Assembly (NCBI RefSeq): GCF_000247565.1
Contig: NC_016893.1
Coordinates: forward strand, 270,001-302,000
Direction of reading: 5' to 3'
DNA length: 32,000 bases
Origin: Wigglesworthia glossinidia endosymbiont of Glossina morsitans morsitans (Yale colony)
Lineage (GTDB): Bacteria > Pseudomonadota > Gammaproteobacteria > Enterobacterales > Enterobacteriaceae
The translations under genes were made by a program, and so were the position numbers. The notes below the pieces were generated by a model that was not told where the DNA came from, searched no databases, and saw nothing but the letters and a program-made list of their open reading frames with translations. Numbering within the stretch: position 1 is the stretch's first letter; the number at the start of each line of letters is the position of its first letter. Shown in pieces: positions 18,909 through 28,687 of this stretch.

Positions 18909-20657
18909 ATGCACGTTTCACAGTTATTGATTAATGAATTATTGATAAAAACAGATATTGTCGATTTAATTCGTACTAAAATTAATTTAAAAAAATCAGG
19001 TAAAGACTATTTTGCACGATGTCCTTTTCATAATGAAAAAACTCCATCTTTTACTGTAAGCCCAGAAAAACAATTTTTTTATTGTTTTGGATGTGGTGTA
19101 CACGGAAATGTAATTGATTTTTTAATTAATTATGATCATTTATCTTTTATTGAATCACTTGAAGTTTTATCATATAAAACAGGAATTAAAATTGATTATG
19201 AAAATAAAAAAAACTTTATAGATAACTGTGAATTAAATCAAAGATTTGAATTATATAAAATAATGAACAAAATTAATACTTTTTATCATAGATCACTGCA
19301 GTATTATACTTTGAATCCAGCAAATACATATCTAAAAAAAAGAGGTTTAAATTTCAAAATAATCCAAGAATTTTCTGTTGGATTTTCTAATCCTAAACAG
19401 ATCAGTTTAAGTCAATATTTTAAAAAATCTCCAAATGATTTATCTCTATTACAAACTTCTGGAATGATTATATGTAAAAATCATGGAAAAATTTTTGATA
19501 GATTTCAAAATCGTATTATGTTTCCTATGAAAAATAGACACGGAAATGTAATAGCTTTTGGAGGAAGAATTTTAAATGATAAAACAACTCCTAAATATTT
19601 AAATTCTCCAGAAACAAAATTATTTAAAAAAAATACTTACTTATATGGATTATATGAAGTAAAAAAAAGAAACTACAGTATTAGTAAGCTCTTGTTAGTA
19701 GAAGGATATTTCGATGTTATTGCACTTACACAATATGGAATTCATTATTCTATTGCTTCTTTAGGCAGTACAACTTCTAAACAAATAGAACTAATATATC
19801 GTACAACAGACACATTAATTTGTTGTTATGATGGAGATTTATCTGGGAAAAAATTAGCATGGCGCACTTTAATAAAAGTATTGCCATATTTATACGATGG
19901 AAAGGAATTATATTTTGTGTTTCTTCCAAACGCAGAAGATCCGGATACTTTAATACGTAAAATAGGAAAAAAAAATTTTGAAAAAATTGTTAATAGCGCC
20001 CAATCTATGTCGACATTATTACTTAATAAATTGCTATCAGAACACAATTTAATACATACTGATGGAAAAATAAAATTTTTAAAATGCATATTGCCATTAA
20101 TTAAAAAAATTCCAGGAAAAAAATTACGTTTATATTTGCGTAAAGAAATAGGATACAAACTAGGTATTTTAGAAGAACATCATTTAGATCAATTTTTATT
20201 TGCTGATAAAAAGAAAAAAATACATGTACAGGCTTCTCGAGATACACAAACAATTATGCATACATTAATAGGATTAATCATTCAATACCCCAAGTTATCA
20301 CAATTAATATCTGAAAATAAAGAAAAAAAATTAAAAAAAATTAATCTGAAATACATTGATTTGTTTATAGAAGTAGTGCAAATTTGCAAACGAAATCTTA
20401 CGATTAATACTGCACAAATATTAGAATATTTTCGAGATACTACATATTATTTTCAACTGAAACAACTAGCAATTTGGAATCATATGATTTCTAAAAATAT
20501 TCTTGAACTAATATTCAATGAAACATTAGCTAGTGCATATAATATGGTATTAATATCTCGACAAAATATGTTAATTACTCGAGCTAGAATACAAGATCTA
20601 AATGATTTAGAACGTAAAGAACTATGGGAAATTAATAAAAAATTAGCAAAAAAATAA
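18909..20657 (+). CDS. dnaG: DNA primase
   Basis: Zinc-binding 'CPFHNEKTPSFTVSPEKQFFYCFGCG', TOPRIM 'LLVEGYFDVIALTQYG', 'DGDLSGKKLAWR'. Located between rpsU and rpoD. Confidence 0.97.
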   Translation: MHVSQLLINELLIKTDIVDLIRTKINLKKSGKDYFARCPFHNEKTPSFTVSPEKQFFYCFGCGVHGNVIDFLINYDHLSFIESLEVLSYKTGIKIDYENKKNFIDNCELNQRFELYKIMNKINTFYHRSLQYYTLNPANTYLKKRGLNFKIIQEFSVGFSNPKQISLSQYFKKSPNDLSLLQTSGMIICKNHGKIFDRFQNRIMFPMKNRHGNVIAFGGRILNDKTTPKYLNSPETKLFKKNTYLYGLYEVKKRNYSISKLLLVEGYFDVIALTQYGIHYSIASLGSTTSKQIELIYRTTDTLICCYDGDLSGKKLAWRTLIKVLPYLYDGKELYFVFLPNAEDPDTLIRKIGKKNFEKIVNSAQSMSTLLLNKLLSEHNLIHTDGKIKFLKCILPLIKKIPGKKLRLYLRKEIGYKLGILEEHHLDQFLFADKKKKIHVQASRDTQTIMHTLIGLIIQYPKLSQLISENKEKKLKKINLKYIDLFIEVVQICKRNLTINTAQILEYFRDTTYYFQLKQLAIWNHMISKNILELIFNETLASAYNMVLISRQNMLITRARIQDLNDLERKELWEINKKLAKK

Positions 20658-20756
20658 AATTTTTAACTGATTTGTATTAAAATTATTTAAAAAATATGTT
20701 TTTAAAATTTTTAAAATTTAATAAAAAATAGTTTATTATTTGAGGTTACATTTTTT

Positions 20757-22577
20757 ATGGAAAAAAATCAACAGTCACAACTAAAGCTACTAGTTACTCG
20801 TGGCAAAGAACAAGGCTATTTGACTTTTTCCGAAGTAAACGATCATTTACCAGAAAACATTTTAGATTCTCATCAAATTGATGATATCATTCAAATGATA
20901 ACAGATATGGGAATTCAAGTTATGGATGAAGCACCTGATCCTGATAATTTACTCCTACCAAATTCAACAGAAAATTTAGACGAAGATGTTGCAGAAGTAG
21001 CAGCTCAAGTTTTATCTAATGTTGAATCAGATTTTGGGCGTACTACAGATCCTGTAAGAATGTATATGCGAGAAATGGGCAGCGTTGAGTTGCTAACTCG
21101 AGAGGGAGAAATTAATCTTGCAAAACGCATTGAAGATGGAATCAATCAAGTTCAATGTTCAGTAGCAGAATATCCCGAAACTATTACTTATCTTTTAAAA
21201 CAATATAATTTTATTTTAAAAGGAGAATTGCGATTATCAGATTTAATTACTGGTTTTATTGATCCTAATATTTCTATGGACGCTGCTGCTATATCTGCTA
21301 CAATAATTTCAGACTTATCAGCAGAAGAAATATCTGTAGATGATCATCATGTTACAGACGAAAACAACATCGATGTAGAATTAGCGCATCAAAAGTTCTT
21401 AGAATTACAACAACAATATGATATTACTTATAATTCTATTCATATACATGGAAGAAATCATGTAAATTCTATTAAAGAAATTACAAAACTTGCAGATTTA
21501 TTTAAACAATTTCGATTTGTACCAAAACAATTTGATTGTTTAGTGCATATTATTCGAGCAGTAATTGCAAAAATTAGGATACATGAAAGACGTATTATGC
21601 AATTATGTGTAAGCGTCGGAAAAATGCCAAAAAAAAGCTTTATTGCTTTATTTACCGGGTGTGAAACCAATGAAAATTGGTTAAAAAAAGCTTTGTCTTT
21701 AAACAAATCTTGGTCAAAAACGCTTAATAAACTATATCATTCTATTTATTTTAGTATTAATAAACTAAAGCTTATAGAAAATGAAACTGGATTAACAATA
21801 AAGCAGGCGAAAGATATTAATCGTCGTATTTCTCTCGGCGAAGAAAAAGCTAAACGTGCAAAAAAAGAAATGGTCGAAGCAAATTTGAGATTAGTAATAT
21901 CTATAGCAAAAAAATATACTAATCGAGGACTACAATTTTTAGATTTAATTCAAGAAGGCAATATTGGATTGATGAAAGCTGTAGATAAATTTGAATATAG
22001 ACGTGGTTATAAATTTTCTACTTATGCCACATGGTGGATTCGACAAGCTATTACAAGATCAATTGCGGATCAAGCACGTACTATTCGAATACCAGTTCAT
22101 ATGATTGAAACAATTAATAAACTAAATAGAATTTCTAGACAAATGTTACAAGAGATAGGTAGAGAACCTACACCAGAAGAACTATCAGAAAAAATGTTTA
22201 TGCCAGAAGATAAAATTAGAAAAGTATTAAAAATTGCTAAAGAACCTATTTCTATGGAAACCCCAATAGGGGATGATGAAGATTCACACTTAGGAGATTT
22301 CATAGAGGATACTTCGTTAGATTTACCCTTAGATTCTGCAACATCTGAAAGTTTGCGTTCAGCCACACATGATGTATTGTCAGGATTAACTCCAAGAGAA
22401 GCAAAAGTATTAAGAATGCGGTTTGGCATTGACATGAGTACGGATCACACTTTAGAAGAAGTTGGAAAACAATTTGATGTTACTAGAGAAAGAATTCGTC
22501 AAATTGAAGCAAAAGCTTTAAGAAAATTACGTCATCCTAGTCGTTCAGAAATTTTACGCAGCTTTTTAGACGATTAA
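20757..22577 (+). CDS. rpoD: RNA polymerase sigma-70 factor
   Basis: '[23 protein letters not shown]', region 2 '[76 protein letters not shown]', region 4 '[52 protein letters not shown]'. Confidence 0.98.
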   Translation: MEKNQQSQLKLLVTRGKEQGYLTFSEVNDHLPENILDSHQIDDIIQMITDMGIQVMDEAPDPDNLLLPNSTENLDEDVAEVAAQVLSNVESDFGRTTDPVRMYMREMGSVELLTREGEINLAKRIEDGINQVQCSVAEYPETITYLLKQYNFILKGELRLSDLITGFIDPNISMDAAAISATIISDLSAEEISVDDHHVTDENNIDVELAHQKFLELQQQYDITYNSIHIHGRNHVNSIKEITKLADLFKQFRFVPKQFDCLVHIIRAVIAKIRIHERRIMQLCVSVGKMPKKSFIALFTGCETNENWLKKALSLNKSWSKTLNKLYHSIYFSINKLKLIENETGLTIKQAKDINRRISLGEEKAKRAKKEMVEANLRLVISIAKKYTNRGLQFLDLIQEGNIGLMKAVDKFEYRRGYKFSTYATWWIRQAITRSIADQARTIRIPVHMIETINKLNRISRQMLQEIGREPTPEELSEKMFMPEDKIRKVLKIAKEPISMETPIGDDEDSHLGDFIEDTSLDLPLDSATSESLRSATHDVLSGLTPREAKVLRMRFGIDMSTDHTLEEVGKQFDVTRERIRQIEAKALRKLRHPSRSEILRSFLDD

Positions 22578-22648
22578 AAGCTAGTTATATGAACGCACGT
22601 AAAAATGACTCTTTAAAAAAATTCAAAAAACTGATATATTTACTGTTT

Positions 22649-22721
22649 GGCCCTTTAGCTCAGAGGTAAGAGCAGGCGACTCATAATCGCTTGGTCGCTG
22701 GTTCAAATCCAGCAAGGGCCA
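22649..22721 (+). tRNA. ileX: tRNA-Ile(CAU), lysidine-type (AUA decoding), ileX-like
   Basis: Full cloverleaf by eye. Acceptor GGCCCTT/AAGGGCC, D arm GCTC/GAGC, anticodon stem GGCGA/TCGCT around loop CTCATAA (CAU anticodon), T arm GCTGG/CCAGC, discriminator A. Nearly identical to my recollection of E. coli ileX and in the same position downstream of rpoD. CCA is not encoded. Confidence 0.93.
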
Positions 22722-22783
22722 AAATTATAATAATTTTAAAGATTATAATTTTAAAATCAAATAAACTAATTTTTTAACAAATT

Positions 22784-23596
22784 TTACATTTCTCTTAAAT
22801 TATAAAAGAAAAAATTTAAGCAATTAGATATCCGTTCTTTTTCGTCTCTATAACATTTAGCCATAAAAGTACGAGTATTAATATTTTCTTGCATTAAAGG
22901 ATCTGATATGACAGATCTCGAAAAGATTACAATATAATTTTTCTTACATTGTTCGCCTTGCATAACTGAAGCAATTTTTGTATTGTAGTCATTTTTTTCT
23001 AATGTTGGAATGGGATGTATAGTATATACTTTGCAAGAATTTACCTGATCAAAAAAATATAATTTTTGATTAAGATCTTGTTTTTGATTAAATATAAAAA
23101 ATAAACCAGTTCCAGTAATAAAAATAAATAAAAAAGCAAAAATTGTCTTATATTTTTGAAATACATGATTTTGAGAAATTAAATTTTTTCCAAAAAAAAT
23201 GTTTCTTTTAAAGTATGATTTATTATTACTGATAAAATCAAACTTTTTGCTATTCTTTATTTCTTTGATAGCAAGTTGATCATTTAGTTTCAAACCTTTT
23301 TTAGGAATAGTTATGATGACTGAAGAATTTAGACCGAGTTTTCTTAATCCTTTTCGAATTAAACTAATTTGTTGATTTAAATTTCCATTTGACGGTTGTA
23401 ATCCGTGTACATGCCAAATGTTTTCAAATAAATGCTCTCTCGAAAGAGGCCCGGAATTTTTACGATATTTAATGAGTTCTTCTAGAACTCTTCCTGCGGA
23501 ATGTGACAATTTAATGAATTTATTTTTTTTACGAAACAAACTCAAATTATATTCTATTGTATCAAAAATTACTAATGAATTGATTATATATTTCAT
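22784..23596 (-). CDS. Membrane-anchored winged-helix (Trans_reg_C, ToxR/CadC-like) transcriptional regulator
   Basis: The N-terminal ~110 aa resembles an OmpR/ToxR wHTH ('LSHSAGRVLEELIKYRKNSGPLSREHLFENIW...NLNQQISLIRKGLRKLGLNSSVIITIPKKGLKLN'). It is followed by one TM segment 'TIFAFLFIFITGTGLFFIF' and a ~90 aa C-terminal domain with four Cys. Confidence 0.75.
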   Translation of the reverse strand: MKYIINSLVIFDTIEYNLSLFRKKNKFIKLSHSAGRVLEELIKYRKNSGPLSREHLFENIWHVHGLQPSNGNLNQQISLIRKGLRKLGLNSSVIITIPKKGLKLNDQLAIKEIKNSKKFDFISNNKSYFKRNIFFGKNLISQNHVFQKYKTIFAFLFIFITGTGLFFIFNQKQDLNQKLYFFDQVNSCKVYTIHPIPTLEKNDYNTKIASVMQGEQCKKNYIVIFSRSVISDPLMQENINTRTFMAKCYRDEKERISNCLNFFFYNLREM

Positions 23597-23618
23597 CGGC
23601 TACTCCATACTCGACTAG

Positions 23619-24748
23619 CCTATCTATTAAGTCTATTTAAGGCGTCTATAAAAGTAACAATTAAATTTATCTAAATGCATTAAAATGAATATATTTAATA
23701 AGCATTAAAATATTTAAAAAATTAATTATTACATTATTAATATAAAATTTTTTATTTTTAATAAATTAAACAAAATATTTGTTAAACTTTAAAATATTTT
23801 TAATGCATTAATAATGAATAAATTTTTAAAAAATTTATATCAATATATTTTTTTTATATTTGTAATTAAAATTTTTTTATAATTCAAAATAAATTTCAAT
23901 TGTATTATAATTAAATTATAATAATTTATTTTTTAAAAATTTAATTATAAAAAAAATTTTATTATTCAGATATTTATTTTAACTTTCTTAAGTTTTAATA
24001 TTTTTATTTTATTTATTAAATATAGTATATTTTTTTTGATCTAAAGATTTTATCTTTTTAAGATTGAATTATTGTTTTTTTAAAATATAAATAATGTTTG
24101 ATGAAATATTCCAATTATTTTATTTAATTTTTCAAAAAAAATTTTTTAAATTAAATATATTTTTTATTATATCATATATAAAAAAAAGTTGAAATATATT
24201 TCATTTTAAAATATCAAATATCATAATACAACTATTATTTTAATCATAAACAGAGATTTAATTTTTTTAATATTTATATATTAAAATATTTTTTTGAGAA
24301 ATCATTTTTTATTTTAATTCAATAAAAATAAATTTTTTTTAATATTAACTATTAAACAATATAAATTATATGTATAATATATGCAGTTTTTTATAATATA
24401 GTAAATAAGTTATTATTTATTAACTTTATTAGTTTGTTTTATTAGTAATTTAAATAAAATTATTAACATACTTATATAAAGTATAATCATATATTTTATA
24501 TAAAATAATTTTTAATATTTTATATAAAAAAAAATTATTAATTTAATACATAAATTTATTTTTTATATAAAAATTTGTAATAAAAATATAAATTTTTTTG
24601 AAATATGCAATCTAAATAATTAATAATAATTCATTTTGTATAAAAGTTTTATTAAAAAAATTAAGCATATTAAATTTAAATTTAATTAAAATAATTTTTA
24701 CATTAAAAAATCAATTTTTTATATTAGAAAACTAAAAAATTTAAATTG
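23619..24748. other. Long non-coding, extremely AT-rich intergenic region
   Basis: No ORF of 60 aa or more in the track, no tRNA-like fold seen by eye, and dominated by A/T runs. It separates the wHTH regulator from the pgpA operon. Confidence 0.85.
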
Positions 24749-25222
24749 CTAAATAAAAATTTTTAATATTATAATCGAATATATTCCTGCAACAATATCG
24801 TCTAGAATAATTCCAAAACCATTTAAAATATTTTTATGAATAATTCGAATAGGATAAGGTTTCCAAACATCAAAAACGCGAAAAACTATAAATTCAGTAA
24901 TTATATCGTAATAACTATTTTCATGATAAAAAAATAAAATTATCCACATACCAATAAATTCATCTAATACAATACATGGATGATCGTGACATCTTAAATC
25001 TTGAGCAGTTTTGTCACAAAAATATACTGCTAGTAAAAAAAAAATAAATACTATACTCCAATGATATTGAAAAAAAATATAAATATAATTCCATATAAAA
25101 ATTGCAACTACTGAAGCAATTGTTCCCGGAAAATGAGAAATTAAACCGACTCCAAATCCTGTAGCTAAAAAATGTATAGGATTACATATATTAAATTTTA
25201 AATCTTTTTTATTTATTTGCAT
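24749..25222 (-). CDS. pgpA: Phosphatidylglycerophosphatase A
   Basis: 'NPIHFLATGFGVGLISHFPGTIASV', 'CHDHPCIVLDEFIGMW', 'FRVFDVWKPYPIR', 'GFGIILDDIVAGIYS'. Adjacent to thiL, as in E. coli. Confidence 0.95.
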   Translation of the reverse strand: MQINKKDLKFNICNPIHFLATGFGVGLISHFPGTIASVVAIFIWNYIYIFFQYHWSIVFIFFLLAVYFCDKTAQDLRCHDHPCIVLDEFIGMWIILFFYHENSYYDIITEFIVFRVFDVWKPYPIRIIHKNILNGFGIILDDIVAGIYSIIILKIFI

Positions 25223-25233
25223 AATATAAAATA

Positions 25234-26231
25234 CTAAAAATGTTGATATGCTGAATTGTTATTTATAATATTTGAATATTTTCCTATTAACTGTAATCCT
25301 ATTTTTTTTGAACAAATTTCTCCGATACAAGTTAAAATGATACCTGTTTTTTTTAATAAAAATTTTAGTTCTTTTTTTTTTTTTTAGGAATTGTAAAACA
25401 TAATTCATAATCTTCGCCGCCATATAAAGCAAATGATACAGCGCGTTTATATTCAACGTTTTTTAACAAATATGATGATATTGGCAAATTATCTAAATAA
25501 ATTTTTGCCCCACATTGACTACTATTCAATATATTTTTTAAATCTATTATAGTACCATCAGAAATATCACAAGCAGCATTAACAAGATGTCTTAAAATAA
25601 TGCCTTCGTTAACTCTTGGAATAGGGCGTATGTGTCGATTAATCAAATAATTTCTGCTTTTCTTATCTGTAATACGCAAATTATTCATCAAAATTGATAA
25701 TCCTGCTGCGCTATCTCCTAAAGTACCTGTAACGTATATAAGATCTTTAATTTTAGCACTATAACGGGACATTTTAATATTGTTATTTTTTGGAATTATT
25801 CCTTGAGCAGTTATAGTAATACTTAATGGACCTTTATTTAAATCCCCACCTATTAATTTTACGTTAAATATATTTAAATTATGAAATAATCCTCGGCTAT
25901 ATTTAGATATCCATAATTCGTTAATAAATGGTATAGTAAGAGACAATAAAATCCATTTAGGAGATGCACCCATAGCTGCAAGATCGCTTAAATTGACTGA
26001 TACAGATTTATAGCCTAAATCAAATGGATGAATTTTTTCTAGAAAATGTGTATTTAATACTAAAGTATCCATAGTGATAACTATATAAGATGCAGCATGA
26101 ATTATTGCACAATCATCACCAATTTTAGATTTAATATATTTGTTTTTTTTATTAAATTTATTAAAATATTTATTAATAATGTATTTTTCTTTCTTGTTAT
26201 AATTTTTTTTTTCTTGAAATTTTATGTTCAT
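25234..26231 (-). CDS. thiL: Thiamine-monophosphate kinase, reading frame interrupted at a poly(A)14 tract
   Basis: The main ORF (from 26231) has 'GDDCAII', 'TMDTLVLNTHF', 'VSVNLSDLAAMGA', 'GGDLNKGPLSITITAQG', 'CDISDG' and 'YGGEDYELCFTIP', then terminates early after T14 (+ strand 25372-25385). In the next frame it continues 'ELKFLLKKTGIILTCIGEICSKKIGLQLIGKYSNIINNNSAYQHF*' (stop at 25234), matching the ThiL C-terminus. Confidence 0.9.
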
Positions 26232-26237
26232 AAATAT

Positions 26238-26655
26238 TTATTTAATTTTTAAATTTAAATTTGTTGCAACTTTATCTAATACTCCATTAATAAATTTATG
26301 ACTTTTTTCTGCACCAAAAATTTTTGCCAATTCAATTGCTTCATTAATCGCAACTTTATATGGAATTTCTGTATCATGATACAATTCAAATATAGCTATT
26401 CTAAGTACAGATAATTCTATATGACAAATTTGTTGTATACTACGTGATAACAAGCATGGTAATATTAATTTATCTAAATTATTTTTGTTTTTAATTACTC
26501 CATAATATATTTTTTTAAAATAATTAATATCTATGCATTTTTTTTTTATTTAATAAAACATATTTTTGAATTTCTAATATGTTGTTATTAGAAACTTGCC
26601 AAGAATAAAGCGCCTGCAAAGCACATTGCCTAGCATGCCTGCGATAGGTACTCAT
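26238..26655 (-). CDS. nusB: Transcription antitermination factor NusB, reading frame interrupted at a poly(A)10 tract
   Basis: The N-terminal frame from ATG 26655 reads '[39 protein letters not shown]' and stops shortly after T10 (+ strand 26538-26547). The other frame continues '[91 protein letters not shown]'. Together they are collinear with full-length NusB. Confidence 0.9.
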
Positions 26656-26673
26656 ATAATTTAATTCCTTAAT

Positions 26674-27138
26674 TTATATATTTTTTAATAAATTTATCAT
26701 TTCTAGCAAAGATAATGCTGCATCCGATCCTCTATTACCTAACTTTGCTCCTGCTCTATCTATACCTTGTTGAATATTGTTGAGATATAAAATACTTGAA
26801 ATAATCGGAACATTATTTTCTATACTTATATTTGATATAATAACATTCAAATCTCGAGAAATAATTTCAAAATGTAAAGTTTCTCCTTTAATTATTGTTC
26901 CTATAGTAATAAATCCATTATATCTTTTTTTCATTATTAAATTTTTAATTGTCAAAGGTATTTCGCATACACCTGGTACCCAGATGGTATGTATATTTTC
27001 ATAACTTATTTGACCAACAAGTTTTAATGTGCTAATTGCACCATCGAGTAAGTTTTTATTAATAAACTCATTAAACCGTGCTACAACGATAGCAATTTTT
27101 ATATGAGAGGATTTTAGTGAATTTTCAATAATCTTCAT
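26674..27138 (-). CDS. ribH: 6,7-dimethyl-8-ribityllumazine synthase
   Basis: 'IAIVVARFNEFI...LLDGAI', 'VPGVCEIPLTIK', 'GTIIKGETLHFEI', 'GTIIKGETLHFE' and 'RAGAKLGNRGSDAALSLLEMINLLK' (ribH = ribE in E. coli nomenclature). Confidence 0.95.
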   Translation of the reverse strand: MKIIENSLKSSHIKIAIVVARFNEFINKNLLDGAISTLKLVGQISYENIHTIWVPGVCEIPLTIKNLIMKKRYNGFITIGTIIKGETLHFEIISRDLNVIISNISIENNVPIISSILYLNNIQQGIDRAGAKLGNRGSDAALSLLEMINLLKNI

Positions 27139-27183
27139 AATAATCCTTATAAAATAATTTTCATTAAATAAAATTCAAAATTT

Positions 27184-28326
27184 TTATTTAATAGGTTTTA
27201 AATTTAATCGAACATCTTCACCGATTCTATATACATTAGATATAAGAAATTTTGGTGCATTATCTAAATCGATTATTTTAGATAAAAAAAATAAAGGAAA
27301 TGCGTGTTCTCCTAGAATTTTAGGAGCTTGATATAATATGATTTCATCTAATAAACCTGCATTTAAAAATGCACCAGATAAACGTGCACCAGATTCTATT
27401 AGAATATTATTAATATTGAAATTCCCTAATTTTAACATTAAAGATAGTAAATTGATATTTTTTGAATTTTGATCTACATCATTTATATGATGTAAAACAA
27501 TTTTTTCTATAGAGCTTGGCCAATTTAAATTATCTTTTTTTGTTCTAACTAATAAAATTTTACCTTGTTCTTTAAAAAATAAATTTTCTGGTGTAATTTG
27601 ATTTAAATTATCAATTACAATTCTAATTGGTTGCCTAACTTCATTTTTTGGATATATATTTTTTATTTTTCTAGAAAATTCATCCCATCTAACTGTTAAT
27701 TTTGACTGATCTTTTAAAATACTAGTAGCACTAGACAAAATTGCATCGCTTTCTGCACGAAGTTCTTGTACGTTCTGACGAGATTTTAATGATGTAATCC
27801 ATTTACTTACTCCATATTTGGTTGCAGTACGTCCGTCTAAGGTAGCAGCTAATTTTAGCTTAATCCATGGAATACCAGATTTCATACGTTTAAAAAAACC
27901 AACATTTAAATTTTTAGCAACATTTTGCATAAAATTATATTTTACTTCAATTCCTGATTTTTTTAAAATTTCGAAGCCTTTACCTGACACTTTAGGGTTA
28001 GGATCAATAGTAGATGCTATCACCTTTTTAACTTTTGCTTTAACTAAAGCATGTGCGCATGATGGAGTTTTTCCGTGATAGCTGCATGGTTCCAAAGTTA
28101 CATAAACTGTAGAACCTTGTACGCATGTTTTAGTAGATTTTAATGCAGATATTTCTGCATGATCAGATCCTGATTTTTTATGATAACCTTCTCCTATAAT
28201 GCAATTATTTTTTACAATCACACAACCGACGTTTGGATTAGGCGAAGTAGTAAAACGACCTAATCGTGCTAATTCGAATGCTCGAGATAAATATATTTTA
28301 TCTTTTTGAGTAAAATTTTTTTTCAT
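27184..28326 (-). CDS. ribD: Bifunctional diaminohydroxyphosphoribosylaminopyrimidine deaminase / 5-amino-6-(5-phosphoribosylamino)uracil reductase
   Basis: 'SPNPNVGCVIVKNN', deaminase zinc motif 'HAEISAL' and 'VTLEPCSYHGKTPSC', reductase part 'IKLKLAATLDGRTA', 'ILIESGARLSGAFL'. Confidence 0.97.
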   Translation of the reverse strand: MKKNFTQKDKIYLSRAFELARLGRFTTSPNPNVGCVIVKNNCIIGEGYHKKSGSDHAEISALKSTKTCVQGSTVYVTLEPCSYHGKTPSCAHALVKAKVKKVIASTIDPNPKVSGKGFEILKKSGIEVKYNFMQNVAKNLNVGFFKRMKSGIPWIKLKLAATLDGRTATKYGVSKWITSLKSRQNVQELRAESDAILSSATSILKDQSKLTVRWDEFSRKIKNIYPKNEVRQPIRIVIDNLNQITPENLFFKEQGKILLVRTKKDNLNWPSSIEKIVLHHINDVDQNSKNINLLSLMLKLGNFNINNILIESGARLSGAFLNAGLLDEIILYQAPKILGEHAFPLFFLSKIIDLDNAPKFLISNVYRIGEDVRLNLKPIK

Positions 28327-28687
28327 ATTGCAATTTGCTAATATAAAATTTCAAATTTATTTTTTTTATTGTAAAATGGAATTATTTAAATTGATCATAT
28401 CAATGTTTTTATAAAAATGTATTTATATTATATCATACAACTCTAAAATAAAATAATGTTAAAATATTTTAATTTTATAGATTAATTATTTTAATGTAGT
28501 CAAGTATCAATTTTTAGTTATTTATTAATTAAAAAACATTTAATATTAAAAATATTTATAATTCATAGTTCTTTTTTTTAAAAAAAACTTAAATATATCA
28601 TATTTTATCGTTTTTTATTATACGTATGTTGCAATTATTAAAAGTTAATTTTGTACTGAATATATTTTATAAATATGCATATTTTTA

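Noticed and set aside
21458-22435. Minus-strand ORFs (82 and 112 aa) opposite rpoD
   Set aside because: Overlap the strongly conserved sigma-70 coding sequence. Composition looks like a reverse-complement artefact.
23418-23618. Plus-strand 66-aa ORF opposite the start of the wHTH regulator
   Set aside because: The regulator frame has a clear wHTH domain architecture. The antisense frame has none.
24940-24948. Perfect DnaA-box match TTATCCACA, suggesting a replication origin next to the AT-rich desert
   Set aside because: It lies inside pgpA where it simply encodes the conserved 'MWI' residues. I saw no cluster of boxes around it, so there is no support for oriC.
25259-25456. 65-aa ORF 'MNINALYHLLYMAAKIMNYVLQF...' as a separate gene
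   Set aside because: It is a third frame over the thiL C-terminus. The homologous continuation of ThiL lies in the other alternative frame.
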